A stretch of 64,000 nucleotides of DNA from an uncultured Spirochaetota bacterium (GTDB lineage: Bacteria > Spirochaetota > Spirochaetia > SZUA-6 > CAVTHK01), in assembly GCA_963734495.1 (NCBI GenBank), contig CAVTHK010000008.1:1-64000 (forward strand), in the 5' to 3' direction. Shown here piece by piece: positions 8,892 through 19,470 of this stretch (positions are counted from its first letter, which is position 1; each line of letters starts with the position of its first letter). The notes below the pieces were generated by a model. It saw nothing but the letters and a program-made list of their open reading frames with translations. It made no database searches and was not told the DNA's origin. The position numbers were made by a program, and so were the translations under genes.

Positions 8892-10979
8892 TTGGCGGAC
8901 ACACAGGGCCTGATCCGCGGGATGTTCCGGCAGTCGAGCGACCTCTTCGTGGGCGTAGGCGTGGTGGCGGTGGTCATGATGATGATCATCCCGATCCCCA
9001 CCATCCTGCTCGACACGCTGATGGCGCTGAACCTCATCCTCGCGCTGCTGGTGATCCTGATCGTGCTCTACATGAAGAACGCGCTGGAGTTCACGGTCTT
9101 CCCGGCGCTGCTCCTGATCCTCACCGTGTTCGGGCTCGCGCTCAACGTGTCCTCGACGCGCCTCATCCTCTCGCAGGGCAGCCACTTCGAGGGGCGCATC
9201 ATCCGCGCCTTCGGGACGTTCGTCGTGGGCACCGGCGGCACCAAGGGCTACGTGATCGGCCTCATCATCTTCGTGATCATCATTGCGGTGCAGTTCCTCG
9301 TCATCACCAAGGGCTCGACCCGCGTCGCGGAAGTGGCCGCGCGCTTCACCCTGGACGCGCTGCCCGGCAAGCAGATGGCGATCGAGGCCGAGTACAACTC
9401 GGGCCTGATCACGGAGGAGGACGCCACGCGCCGCAAGGCCGACCTGCAGAGGGAGGTCGACTTCTACGGCGCGATGGACGGCTCGTCCAAGTTCGTCGCG
9501 GGCAACGTGAAAGTCGGCATCCTCATCACGGTCATCAACATCATCGGGGGCTTCATCGTCGGGATGACCCTGCTCGGGGAGTCGTTCCAGACGGCCCTCG
9601 ACACGTACATTCCGCTGGCCATCGGAGACGGCCTCGTGACGCAGCTGCCCGCGCTCCTGATCTCGACCTCGACCGGCATCATCGTCACGCGCTCGGTGTC
9701 CGAGGCCTCTTTCGGCAGCGACGTCACGAAGCAGTTCACGCGCGAAGGCCGCCCCTACTGGATCTCGGCGGCGATCCTCGCCATGCTCGGCGTCCTCCCC
9801 GGCTTTCCCTGGTACGTCCTCTTCCCCATGTCCGGGTTCCTCGCCTTTGGCGCGCTGCAGCTGCAGCGCAGGGGCGCGGCGCGCGAGGAGGAGGAGAAGG
9901 TCAAGGTGAAGGGGAAGGCGGAGGCGCCCGCCGAAGTCTCGCCCGTGGTGCCCCTGGACCCGCTGTCGCTCGAGCTCGGCTACGGGTTGATCCCCCTCGT
10001 GGACAAGGACCGCGGCGCGGAGCTGCTCGATCGCATCACGCGCATCCGCAGGGAGGCCGCCCTCGACCTCGGCATCGTCGTGCCCCGCATCCGCATCATC
10101 GACAACATGCGGCTCGAGCCGCCGGAGTACGTGTTCAAGATCAAAGGGGTCGAGGTCGGCCGGGCGAGGATCCGCATGAATCAGTACCTCGCGATCAACC
10201 CGGGCGAGGTCAAGGAGGAGATCTCGGGAGAGCCGGCCCGCGATCCCGCCTTCGGGCTGCCCGCGACATGGATCGGGGAGGCCGAGCGCGAGCGGGCCGA
10301 GCGCCTCGGGTACACCGTCGTCGACCCCCCCTCGATCATCGCGACGCACCTGACCGAGATCATCAAGCGGCACGCCGCCGAGATCCTCGGGCGCCAGGAG
10401 GTGCAGTCGATTCTCGACACCCTCAAGACGGACTACCCGGCGGTGGTCGACGCCGTGACCAAGCTCCCGAGCTCGACCGGGCTCATCCAGAAGGTCCTGC
10501 AGGGGCTGCTGCGCGAGCAGGTCTCGATCCGCAACATCGTCACGGTGCTCGAGACCGTCGCGGACTACGGCGCCGTGACGACGAACGTCTCCATCCTCGT
10601 GGAGAAGGTCCGCCAGAGCCTCGCGCGGCAGATCTCGCTCGCGAACGCCGACGAGAACCGGATCATGCACGTCCTCACCATCGAGCCCTCGGTCGAGCAG
10701 AAGATCATCGACTCGCGCGTGGAAACGGCCGAAGGCGTCGCGGCGGGGCTGGAGCCCCAGCTGCGACGGCGGTGGATCAACGCCGTCTCCAACGCGGTGC
10801 GCCGGGCGCAGGAGGCGGGCCGCCGCGTGGTCGTCCTGTGCTCCGAGGCCGCGCGGCCCCTGGTCAAGGCCTCCACGTCGCGGGAGATCCCGCACCTGGT
10901 GGTGATGTCGGTCCCGGAGGTCGATCCGGAGATCAGCGTGGAGTCGGAAGGCGAGATATCATGGGAGGCGAGTCCGTAA
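8892..10979 (+). CDS. flhA: Flagellar export gate protein FlhA
   Basis: RVAEVAARFTLDALPGKQMAI, FYGAMDGSSKFV FHIPEP motifs; TTG start after GGAGG. Confidence 0.98.
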   Translation: MADTQGLIRGMFRQSSDLFVGVGVVAVVMMMIIPIPTILLDTLMALNLILALLVILIVLYMKNALEFTVFPALLLILTVFGLALNVSSTRLILSQGSHFEGRIIRAFGTFVVGTGGTKGYVIGLIIFVIIIAVQFLVITKGSTRVAEVAARFTLDALPGKQMAIEAEYNSGLITEEDATRRKADLQREVDFYGAMDGSSKFVAGNVKVGILITVINIIGGFIVGMTLLGESFQTALDTYIPLAIGDGLVTQLPALLISTSTGIIVTRSVSEASFGSDVTKQFTREGRPYWISAAILAMLGVLPGFPWYVLFPMSGFLAFGALQLQRRGAAREEEEKVKVKGKAEAPAEVSPVVPLDPLSLELGYGLIPLVDKDRGAELLDRITRIRREAALDLGIVVPRIRIIDNMRLEPPEYVFKIKGVEVGRARIRMNQYLAINPGEVKEEISGEPARDPAFGLPATWIGEAERERAERLGYTVVDPPSIIATHLTEIIKRHAAEILGRQEVQSILDTLKTDYPAVVDAVTKLPSSTGLIQKVLQGLLREQVSIRNIVTVLETVADYGAVTTNVSILVEKVRQSLARQISLANADENRIMHVLTIEPSVEQKIIDSRVETAEGVAAGLEPQLRRRWINAVSNAVRRAQEAGRRVVVLCSEAARPLVKASTSREIPHLVVMSVPEVDPEISVESEGEISWEASP

Positions 10980-10980
10980 C

Positions 10981-12174
10981 ATGCAGTACTTCACCATCCA
11001 GGCGCGCAGCCAGGGCGAAGCGCTCGAAAAGATGCGGAGCCAGTACGGCCCGGCGGCGCGCGTGCTCTCCCACCGCAGCATCCGCATCGGCAGAGTCCTT
11101 GGCCTCTTCGGCCGCGAGGGCGTCGAGATCACCGGCTACCTCGCCGGCGAGGAGAAGCGCCGGGACGTCGAGGGCGAGAAGCGCAAGATCCTGGAGACCG
11201 CCCGCCGGGAGCAGGCGATGCAGCTCATCCTCGAAGAGCTCAAGTCCCTGAAGAAGGACCTGCAGGCCGGCCCGCAGGCGGCCGCGGCGCCCTCCGGCCT
11301 GCAGGCGCCGCCACCCGGCCACCCTGCGCTCGCGCGCGTGCGCGAGCTGCTGGGGGCCAACGATTTTCCGCCCACGTTCACCGACGGGGTCGTAGGCAGG
11401 ATCGGCCGGGAGTTCTCGCTCGAAGACCTGGCGGACAACGCAGCGGTCGAGCGAGCGGTGCTCGAGTACATCGGCGACGGGGTGCGCCTCTGGCGCTCGC
11501 CCACGCCGTCGGCGGGCCCGCTCATTCTCACCGTCGTCGGCCCGACGGGGGTGGGCAAGACGACCACGATCGCGAAGCTGGCAGCCATGTACAGCTTCGC
11601 GCGCGACGGCGGCGGGACCCGGCGCGTCAAGATGGTCACGATCGACAACTACAAGATCGCGGCGCGCAAGCAGATCGAGACCTACGCGGAGATCATGCAG
11701 CTCCCGGCGGCCTTTGCCGAATCGCGCGACGACCTCGAGAAGGTGATCTCGGTCTCGCAGGATGTCGATATTATACTGGTAGACACAATCGGAAAGAGCC
11801 CCGGGGATTTTCAGAAGCTGGGCGAGATCAAGGATATCCTCGGCGCGTGCGGAAGTCGGAACGAAGTGCACCTCGCGATCAGCGCCACCACCAAGAGCTC
11901 CGACATCGAGGAGATCCTTCGGCAGTTCGAGCCGTTCCGCTACCGGGCGGTGATCGTGACCAAGCTCGACGAGACGTCGCGGGCAGGCAACGTCCTCGGC
12001 CCGCTGATCGAACGGCAGAAGGCGATTTCCTACATCACCGACGGGCAGCTCGTTCCGCAGGATCTCGAAGCCGCGACCGTCACCAGGCTCCTCCGGGGGC
12101 TGGACGGGTTCAGGATCGACCGCGAGAGGCTGGAACAGCGCTACGCGGAAACATCAAAGGCACGGAGCGCGTGA
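10981..12174 (+). CDS. flhF: SRP-family GTPase FlhF
   Basis: GPTGVGKTTTIAKLAA, DTIG, TKLDET, GQLVPQDL. Confidence 0.95.
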   Translation: MQYFTIQARSQGEALEKMRSQYGPAARVLSHRSIRIGRVLGLFGREGVEITGYLAGEEKRRDVEGEKRKILETARREQAMQLILEELKSLKKDLQAGPQAAAAPSGLQAPPPGHPALARVRELLGANDFPPTFTDGVVGRIGREFSLEDLADNAAVERAVLEYIGDGVRLWRSPTPSAGPLILTVVGPTGVGKTTTIAKLAAMYSFARDGGGTRRVKMVTIDNYKIAARKQIETYAEIMQLPAAFAESRDDLEKVISVSQDVDIILVDTIGKSPGDFQKLGEIKDILGACGSRNEVHLAISATTKSSDIEEILRQFEPFRYRAVIVTKLDETSRAGNVLGPLIERQKAISYITDGQLVPQDLEAATVTRLLRGLDGFRIDRERLEQRYAETSKARSA

Positions 12175-13103
12175 TGACTGACCAGGCCGAAAAGCTGAGA
12201 GAGCTGATGAAGAGCCGGGGCAACCCCACCAACGGCTCGGGCGCCCGCAACAGGACCCGCATCATCACGATCTCCAGCGGCAAGGGCGGGGTGGGAAAGA
12301 CGAACATCGCGATCAATCTCGCGATTGCCTACGCCGAGCTCGGCAAGCGCGTCGTCGTCATGGACGCCGACCTCGGGCTGGCCAACGTCAACGTCGTGCT
12401 CGGGATCATCCCCAAGTACAACCTCTACCACCTGATCCGCCGCCAGAAGAGCATGAAGGACATCATCCAGGACACCCGCTACGGGATCCAGATCGTGGCG
12501 GGCGCCTCCGGCTTTTCCAAGATCGCCAACCTGAGCGAGGAGGAGCGGGGCAAGTTCGTCGCCGAGCTCCAGGAGCTCTCCTCGGCCGACGTGCTCATCG
12601 TGGACACGGGCGCCGGCGTCTCGAACAACGTCCTGTCCTTCATCGCGGCCGCGGACGACGTCGTCATCGTCACGACGCCCGAGCCGACGGCCATCACCGA
12701 CGCTTACGGGATCATCAAGATCATCGCCACGGAGATCGACAACCTCAGCCTCGGCCTCAAGCTGGTCGTCAACCGCGTCAAGAGCGTCGCCGAGGGCCGC
12801 AAGGTAGCCGAGCGGGTCATCAACATCGCCGGCCAGTTCCTCAACCTCAAGGTCGACTACCTCGGGTTCGTCTTCGAGGACGAAATCGTCCACGAGTCCG
12901 TCGTCAAGCAGAAGCCGTTCCTCGCCATGGACCCGAAGAGCAAGGCCTCCATGTGCGTCCGCCACATCCTGAGCCGCCTCGAGAACTTCGAGTACAAGGA
13001 GGGGAGCGGCATCTCGGGCTTCATCAAGCGGCTGTTCGGTACCAAGGGGCCGGCGGCGGCCCCCGGTCCCGTCGGCGCCCGTGGGCCGTCGCCCATCGCC
13101 TGA
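12174..13103 (+). CDS. flhG: MinD-like ATPase FlhG
   Basis: MTDQAEKLR N-terminal motif, SGKGGVGKTN, DADLGLAN, TTPEPTAITDAY. Confidence 0.95.
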   Translation: MTDQAEKLRELMKSRGNPTNGSGARNRTRIITISSGKGGVGKTNIAINLAIAYAELGKRVVVMDADLGLANVNVVLGIIPKYNLYHLIRRQKSMKDIIQDTRYGIQIVAGASGFSKIANLSEEERGKFVAELQELSSADVLIVDTGAGVSNNVLSFIAAADDVVIVTTPEPTAITDAYGIIKIIATEIDNLSLGLKLVVNRVKSVAEGRKVAERVINIAGQFLNLKVDYLGFVFEDEIVHESVVKQKPFLAMDPKSKASMCVRHILSRLENFEYKEGSGISGFIKRLFGTKGPAAAPGPVGARGPSPIA

Positions 13104-13239
13104 CGGGGCCTGCGCCCCGCTTCCGCCGGCGTTACGCCCGCCGGCGCCCCACCCTGGGCAGGCCATGCCGCGCGCGCGAGTACCCGGCGAGCACGCACTC
13201 CCTCGCTGCGCTCGGGACCTGCGAGGGCCCGAGCTGTCC

Positions 13240-13268
13240 TTGACGGCCATGCGGGTTTGCCATAAGCT
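13240..13268 (+). promoter_or_regulatory. sigma70-like promoter for the flgV-fliA-fapA sub-operon
   Basis: TTGACG-17-TAAGCT, 15 nt upstream of ATG 13284. Confidence 0.65.
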
Positions 13269-13283
13269 TGGCGGGAAAAGCGC

Positions 13284-13922
13284 ATGAGGTACCGGGTAGC
13301 GGCGGCTGTTGCGTGTCTGGCCTTCGTCGTGGCTCTCGCTGCCGGTCTTGCGGGCGGCGTGCGGTTCGGCACGGTGCTGCTGCGCGCGATCGTTGGCGGT
13401 GCGGTCTTTGCGGTGCTGGGGACTGCCGTCACGGCGCTTCTCGAGCGGTTCCTGCCGGAGCTGGTCAACGGGCTCGCGGACAGTGCGGGCCCGGTAGAGA
13501 CGCCCGCGGAGGCGGAGGCGCCGCGCATCGACATCGTGCTCCCGGAGGAAAATCCGCTGGAGGACGCGATCGCGGCGGACCTGGAGCCCGCAGACGAGGC
13601 GCCTGCCGAGCCGCTGGAGGAGCCGGGGCCGGGCCTGTCGGGCCCGCCTGAGGGTGCCGCGGAGCCCGTCGGCAGGCCTTCGGCAGTCGAGGATCTCACG
13701 GCGGAGCCGCTCGGGCAGAGCGGTGACACCGACAGTGGCGACAGCGACGACGCCCTGCCCAGCCTCGACGGTCTGGACCTGGAGCCGCCGGCGCCCCCGT
13801 CCGAGGCTTCGCGCGGCGCGTCCGGTGCAGCCGGCGCGAGCGGCGCGCACGGCGCGCGCGTCGACCCGTCGCAGGCCGCCCGGGCGCTGAAAACCTGGCT
13901 CAAGAGGGACCATGAAGGCTAA
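13284..13922 (+). CDS. flgV: FlgV-like basal-body protein (2 TM helices, acidic disordered linker, C-terminal helix)
   Basis: Position between flhG and fliA, two N-terminal TM helices, Pro/Glu/Asp-rich linker and [14 protein letters not shown]-terminal helix match the described FlgV architecture and synteny. Confidence 0.6.
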   Translation: MRYRVAAAVACLAFVVALAAGLAGGVRFGTVLLRAIVGGAVFAVLGTAVTALLERFLPELVNGLADSAGPVETPAEAEAPRIDIVLPEENPLEDAIAADLEPADEAPAEPLEEPGPGLSGPPEGAAEPVGRPSAVEDLTAEPLGQSGDTDSGDSDDALPSLDGLDLEPPAPPSEASRGASGAAGASGAHGARVDPSQAARALKTWLKRDHEG

Positions 13923-14712
13923 GCGGAGCGTCGGCAGGCTGAGCGGCAAGAGCGAAGACGAGCTCTGGAGCCTGTACCGCAGCACGCGCGATCCCAGGAT
14001 TCGCGACCACTTCGTGCGCCAGTATGCGCCGCTGGTCAAGTACGTCGCCGGCAAGGTCGCCATCGGCATGCCTCACAACGTCGAGTTCGACGACCTGGTC
14101 GGCTACGGCGTGTTCGGCCTGTTCGACGCGATCGCGAAGTTCGATCCCGAGAAGCACGTCAAGTTCAAGACGTACGCGGTCACCCGCATCCGGGGCGCCA
14201 TCTTCGACGAGCTCCGGTCGATAGACTGGGTGCCGCGCTCCGTGCGGCAGAAGACGCGTGAGCTGGAAGAAGCCATACGGACGCTCGAGTCGCAGCTCGG
14301 CCGCGCCGCCACCGACGAGGAGATCGCCGCGGCCATGAGCGTCTCCGTCGAGGAGCTGCAGTCGCTCATCCTCAAGATCAGCGGCACCTCGATGCTGTCG
14401 CTCAACGACGTGTGGTACTCCGGCGAGGAAGACGACAAGATCTCGATCGGCGAGAGCATCGAGAGCCCGACCAGCATGAACCCCGACATCATCGTCGAGA
14501 AAGACGAGATCAAGCGGGTGATCATGCGGACCATCCAGGAGCTCCCGGACAAGGAGAAGAAGGTCCTCGTCCTGTACTACTACGAGGACCTCACGCTCAA
14601 GGAGATCGGCCACGTGCTGGGCGTGACTGAGTCGCGCATCTCCCAGCTCCACACCAAGGCCATCATGCGCCTCCGGGCCAAGCTCACGAGCGTGCGCAAG
14701 GGGATCGTGTAG
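13912..14712 (+). CDS. fliA: RNA polymerase sigma-28 factor FliA/WhiG
   Basis: [59 protein letters not shown]. Confidence 0.97.
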   Translation: MKAKRSVGRLSGKSEDELWSLYRSTRDPRIRDHFVRQYAPLVKYVAGKVAIGMPHNVEFDDLVGYGVFGLFDAIAKFDPEKHVKFKTYAVTRIRGAIFDELRSIDWVPRSVRQKTRELEEAIRTLESQLGRAATDEEIAAAMSVSVEELQSLILKISGTSMLSLNDVWYSGEEDDKISIGESIESPTSMNPDIIVEKDEIKRVIMRTIQELPDKEKKVLVLYYYEDLTLKEIGHVLGVTESRISQLHTKAIMRLRAKLTSVRKGIV

Positions 14713-14794
14713 GTGGCGGTCGGACCTGCGGGGTCGGCAGGCCGCGTACCCGAGGAGGCCCCAACTGGTAAAGCTCGCCCAGATACAGGATTTC

Positions 14795-16705
14795 ATGGCG
14801 CAGCAGGCGGTCCGCGACCGCGGGACCCGCTCGGTCCGCGTCGAGGGCTCGAGCCTCGAGGACGCTCTGGAGAACGGCGCGATCCAGCTCGGCGTGGCCC
14901 TCGACCGGCTGGAATACGAGGTTGTCACGCGCGGCGACCGAGGCCTCTTCGGCCTCGGCCGAAGGGCGTGGGTGGTGCACGTGTACGAGTCGACGCTCGT
15001 CGCCTCCGCCGCCGCCGAGGCGGGGACCGCGGAGGGCGCCCTCGCGTCCGGGGCGGCGGCCGATGAGAGCGCCGATCGGCCGGGGGAGATCTTCGTCAAG
15101 CTCGTCCAGGGCAACGTGTTCCTCAAGGTGACGCGGCCGCACGGCAAGGCGCCGCGCATCACCGACCAGGTCGCGTCGCAGTCGCTGGCCCGCAGGGGGG
15201 TGAGGGACTTCGACGCGGGCATGGTCTCGCGCGTGGTGCGCCGGGCCGACGGCCAGTTCGTGCAGGTCGGCGCTTTCGAATACAACCCTGCGAACGACGC
15301 CGTGGCGTCCGTCGAGCTCGCGGACCAGGAGATGAAGGCGTACGTCGAGGTGAGGCCGCCGGGACCCGGCGGCGCGGACCTGACCTTCGACGCGCTGGTG
15401 GGCGTGCTCAACAACAACGGCGTCCAGCACGGGATCCGCGAGGACGCGCTGCGGGAGCTCGAGGACGCTCCCCGGTACAACACGACGATCCTGGCGGCGG
15501 AGGGATCGCCCGCCGTGAACGGAGCCGACGCGGAGATCGTCTACAATTTCAAGACCGAGCGCTCGCCCGTGCTCAAGGAGAAAAACGGCCGCGTCGACTT
15601 CCGGGAGCTGAACCTGGTCGAGAACGTGGTCGCGGGGCAGATCGTGGCGAGGAAGATGCCGGCCGGCGAGGGGCACGAGGGACGCACGGTCACAGGCCGG
15701 ACCCTCCCGTTCAAGGGCGGCCATGATGTCACGCTCAACGTCGGCAAGAACGTGAAGCTCGCCGAGGACGGGATGACCGCGATCGCCGAGATCAACGGCC
15801 AGGTGCTGTTGATCGGCGGCAAAGTCAACGTCGAGCCCGTCTACACCGTCGGCGGGGACGTCAACCTGCACACGGGCAACATCCTCTTCCTGGGCGGCGT
15901 GATCGTCAAGGGCGGCATCGACGACGGCTTCACGGTCAAGGCGGCCGGCAACATCGAGGTGTTCGGCAACGTCGGCAAGGCCCAGCTCGACGCCGAGGGC
16001 GACATCATCGTTCACCAGGGCATCCTCGGCAAGGGCGGCGGCAAGGCGACCGCCGGCAAGAGCGTGTACGCCAAGTTCATCGAGCACGCTCACGTCGAGG
16101 CGGGCGAGAACGTAGTGGCGGCCGAGGGGCTCATCCACTCCTTCGTGGACGCGAACCGCAAGATCGTCTGCCAGGGCAAGCGGGCCTCGATCGTCGGCGG
16201 TCGCCTTCGGGCGGCGGAGGAGATCAACGCGAAGAACCTGGGCTCGGTCGCCGGCACGGAGACCCTGCTGGAGGTCGGCTACGACCCCAAGAGCAAGGAG
16301 CGGCTCGTCGAGTTCGAGACGACCATGACGCGGCAGCGCAAGGAGCTGGAGGAGCTCGAGCGGAACATCAAGACGCTGCTCACGCTCAAGCGGGTCACGA
16401 AAAAGCTCCCCGACGAGAAGGAAGCGTACCTCGCCCAGCAGCTGGAGAAGCGCTCGCTGGCGCTCGCCACCATCAAGGAGGCGACCGCCGGAGTCGAGGA
16501 GATCAAGGCGCGCCTCGCGTCGATCAAGCGCGAAGGCAGGATCTCGGCCTCGGACACGGTCTTCGCCAACGTCAAGATCTTCATCAAGGACTCGAGCCTT
16601 GTGATCCGCAACGAGCACAAGACCGTGACGTTCGTGCTCGATCAGGGCAACATCAGGGTGACGAAGTACGAGCCCCTCGAGGAAGACTTCACCCGCAGGG
16701 GATAG
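14795..16705 (+). CDS. fapA: FapA (DUF342) family protein with N-terminal Jag-N-like domain
   Basis: EGSSLEDALENG...LEYEVV.RG.RGLFGLG (Jag N), GRVDFRELNLVENV, GDVNLHTGNI beta-helix, coiled coil. Confidence 0.85.
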   Translation: MAQQAVRDRGTRSVRVEGSSLEDALENGAIQLGVALDRLEYEVVTRGDRGLFGLGRRAWVVHVYESTLVASAAAEAGTAEGALASGAAADESADRPGEIFVKLVQGNVFLKVTRPHGKAPRITDQVASQSLARRGVRDFDAGMVSRVVRRADGQFVQVGAFEYNPANDAVASVELADQEMKAYVEVRPPGPGGADLTFDALVGVLNNNGVQHGIREDALRELEDAPRYNTTILAAEGSPAVNGADAEIVYNFKTERSPVLKEKNGRVDFRELNLVENVVAGQIVARKMPAGEGHEGRTVTGRTLPFKGGHDVTLNVGKNVKLAEDGMTAIAEINGQVLLIGGKVNVEPVYTVGGDVNLHTGNILFLGGVIVKGGIDDGFTVKAAGNIEVFGNVGKAQLDAEGDIIVHQGILGKGGGKATAGKSVYAKFIEHAHVEAGENVVAAEGLIHSFVDANRKIVCQGKRASIVGGRLRAAEEINAKNLGSVAGTETLLEVGYDPKSKERLVEFETTMTRQRKELEELERNIKTLLTLKRVTKKLPDEKEAYLAQQLEKRSLALATIKEATAGVEEIKARLASIKREGRISASDTVFANVKIFIKDSSLVIRNEHKTVTFVLDQGNIRVTKYEPLEEDFTRRG

Positions 16706-16708
16706 CCG

Positions 16709-17032
16709 ATGCCGCTGCTGCCGATCGACCTGCAGACCGTCTTCTCCCAGACGAACCAGGTGGGCCGCGATCAGGCGGTCCAGCAGCAGGCTCCCCCGCT
16801 GGCCCAGGCGCAGGCGGGGTCGGAGCTGGCCCGGCAGGCGCAGGTCCGCGACACCCAGGTCAACGAGAGCAACGACGCAGGCGACGGCGCCGAGCCGGTC
16901 AAGGACGAGGAAGCCGGCGGGCGCAGGCGCGGGCGCGGGAGGGGCCGTGCGCGGGAGCGGAAGGCCGAGCCGCCCCGCAGGCCGGTCTTTACCGACCCCG
17001 AGCTCGGGCAGCACGTGGATATCACGGGGTAG
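16709..17032 (+). CDS. Conserved hypothetical protein of the fliA-fapA cluster
   Basis: MPLLPIDLQ N-terminus and DPELGQHVDITG C-terminus; tightly coupled to fapA. Confidence 0.75.
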   Translation: MPLLPIDLQTVFSQTNQVGRDQAVQQQAPPLAQAQAGSELARQAQVRDTQVNESNDAGDGAEPVKDEEAGGRRRGRGRGRARERKAEPPRRPVFTDPELGQHVDITG

Positions 17033-17042
17033 CTGCCGCACC

Positions 17043-17555
17043 ATGGCAAGCGTCTTCGCCGTCGCCGCCGCCGTCCTCGCCGGCCTCGCCGTGGTCTACC
17101 TGGCGCTGCGCACCCGCATCGACAGGAGCATTGCCCGTCTCGATCCCGCAGCCGAGATCCGCGAAGAGCTCGCCTCCGTCATGGTGGAGATGAACCGCAC
17201 GACGGAGCGCAACATCGCGCTCCTCGAGGACCGGATCGGGCAGCTCAACCAGCTCCTCGCCGATGCCGACCGGAAGATCGCCCTCGTGCGGCGCGAGAGC
17301 GAGAAGCACGAGACCAGCCGCATGGTGTACACGCACCTCGCGAAGGCCGCGGCCGAAAAGCCGCCGGCTCCGCCCGCGCAGCAGGCCGACCGGGCCGAGG
17401 ACGGCCGTGGGCCGGCGGCGCCCGCGGAGACGCTTGAGAGCCGGATCCTGAGGCTCGAGAGGGAAGGGTTCTCGGCGGCTGTGATCGCGAACCGTGTCGG
17501 TTCGACGATCGGCGAGGTCGAGCTGATCATCTCCCTCGCCCGCCGCCGGCCATAA
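17043..17555 (+). CDS. SwrB/DUF6115-like protein (TM, coiled coil, C-terminal HTH-like)
   Basis: N-terminal TM, coiled coil, C-terminal GFSAAVIANRVGSTIGEVELIISL; last gene of the flagellar operon. Confidence 0.7.
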   Translation: MASVFAVAAAVLAGLAVVYLALRTRIDRSIARLDPAAEIREELASVMVEMNRTTERNIALLEDRIGQLNQLLADADRKIALVRRESEKHETSRMVYTHLAKAAAEKPPAPPAQQADRAEDGRGPAAPAETLESRILRLEREGFSAAVIANRVGSTIGEVELIISLARRRP

Positions 17556-17594
17556 AAAAAACGGTATGCCTGGACGTCGAAGAGCATACCGTTT
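17553..17594 (-). terminator. Intrinsic terminator between convergent operons
   Basis: 11-bp stem AAACGGTATGC/GCATACCGTTT with a poly-T tail on the minus strand (A-run 17554-17561); possibly bidirectional. Confidence 0.75.
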
Positions 17595-17651
17595 GCGGGA
17601 ATCGAGACGAACGGTCCCGGCCCCAATTCTAGAAATCGGCGCGCGCCGGGC

Positions 17652-19470
17652 CTAGCTTGAGCGTCCGGCTTCCAGGCGCGCCAGCGTCCGGCGAACGAGC
17701 TGCTCGTGCAGGCGCGCCGAGCGCTCCATCTGCAGATAGATCTCCCGCGTGCGCGCCACCGGGTCGGTCCCCGGCTTCTCCTCCATGATGCCGTGAATGA
17801 TCGGCTGCATGAGGAACCCGAGGATGTCGCGCGCGCCGACTTCGAGCATCTCGGCGTCGCTGCGGTCGAGCTCCGCGAGCGCCCGGGGGTCTCGCGCCGC
17901 GCGGTCGGCCGCAGCGACCGCGTCGCGCGCCACCCGGCGGGCGCGACCGAGCTCCCGCAGCAGCTCGTCGAGCGATCCCTTCAATCTTGACCAGTCCGGC
18001 GCCGGCTCGGCCCGCGCATCCCGCGCGGCCCGGGCAATGCGCGCGTCGATCTCGCGCCGGCAGCGAGGCATCGCAAGGACGGCTTCGATTGTCGCCGGCT
18101 CGATGCCCGCCACGGCCACGCCGCCCGCCGACAGGTTCAGCGTCCGGACCTCGGGGAACCTCCTGGCCTGACCCTCGAACCAGGAGGCGTAGATCGCCAT
18201 GCGGCGGTCGGTGAGCACGGTCCCGCCGCAGTTCGAGCGCACGGGAAACGGGCCCGCATCCGCCAGGTAGGCAAAGGCGTGCTGCTCGGCGGGCATGGTG
18301 CGCCGGGACAGCGCGAGAAAACGATGCTCGAAAAAGGCGCCGCGGAAGTGGGTCGCGCGGCCGGGGTAGCCCAGGTCCAGCCCGGCCATCACGATCGGCC
18401 GCGCCCCCGAGACGCGCGCAAGGTCCCAGGCCGTGGTCGCGACCGAGCCGCCGGCCCCGAGCTCGCCCTTGCGCGATCCGAACGATTCGAGGTAACGGCC
18501 GAGCGGGAAGAGGGAGCTCATGAAGAAGGCCGTCGGCGGCGCGAGGCGCAGCGCGCGCGGGTGGGTCGCCGACTCGGCGACGAGCAGCGTCCGCGGCGAC
18601 TCGGTGCCGTCGAGGTGCCTGCTGTTCCAGTACTGAGGGTCGATCAGCACCACGAAGTCGGGCTGGACTCCCTGCGCGAGGCAGGCCCGCAGGCTCGTGT
18701 CGACCGAGATCACGACGCACCGCTCGGCGAGCTCGCGCAGCCGCGGCATGACCGCGTCCAGCGAAGGTCCGGAGGCCAGAACCAGCGCGGGCAGGCCGTC
18801 GAAGAGGCCGCGTATACGCTCGACTCCCGGCGCCGCGAGAAACGTCTCGAGGTTCCGCAGGAGGTTCCGCACCCACAGCGGCCCGAAGCGCTCGAGCGTG
18901 TCGACGTTGACGCGGCCGCGGTCGCGAGCCGCGACCAGGATCTGCCGCACGCGGGCGAAATAGACGGCATGCCGCTCCTCGACGGCCCGCAGCCTGAGCA
19001 GGCACGGCGCCCGCAGCGGGAAGCGCTCGCCCCGCGCCTTCGGGATCGAGCAGGCCCAGCAGCGGCTCGGGGTCGGGGGAGACGTGCAGGTCGAGCCGGG
19101 GATCGGCGAGCAGCGCATCGAGCGGGCGGCACGAGAGCGCCTGCGCGAAGAGCCCGGGATCGGGCTCGACCGCGAGGACGGGGAGCCCCGGCCGCAGGCG
19201 CAGCAGGGCTTCGCAGACGTAGCCCAGGCCGAAGCCGAAAACGACGGCGGCGGTGGCCCCGGGCCCGCAGCCGCCGCCGGCGATCCGCTCGGCCTCGCGG
19301 ACCGGGTCGAAGAGGCTGTGCAGGAGCTGGCCGCCGGCGCGGGCGGTGGGCGAGCCGGTGCGCGCGGCGAGGATCTCGACGTCCGCCGGAGGCGCCGCGC
19401 CCGCCAGCTCCGCCGCAAGCCGCGGCCAGCGGTCCGCCAGCGTGGCGAGGTTGCGCTCGAGGTGCGTCAT
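17652..19470 (-). CDS. Motility-associated factor (Maf/DUF115) flagellin glycosyltransferase, frameshifted
   Basis: N-terminal LHSLFDPVREAE..FGFGLGY in one frame; LASGPSLD, VDTSL, PDFVVLIDP, GGSVATTA, MAGLDLGY in another. One extra base near 19038. Confidence 0.85.

Noticed and set aside
7245..10895. 1216-aa antisense ORF, and many similar long antisense/overlapping ORFs (374-1906, 18279-21686, 23580-26357, 35867-37927)
   Set aside because: Shadow ORFs caused by high GC3 on the opposite strand of clear genes; Arg/Gly/Pro-rich with no motifs.
14769..14790. TAAA...CCAGATAC as a sigma-28 promoter for fapA
   Set aside because: Spacing between the elements is far shorter than 15-16 nt.
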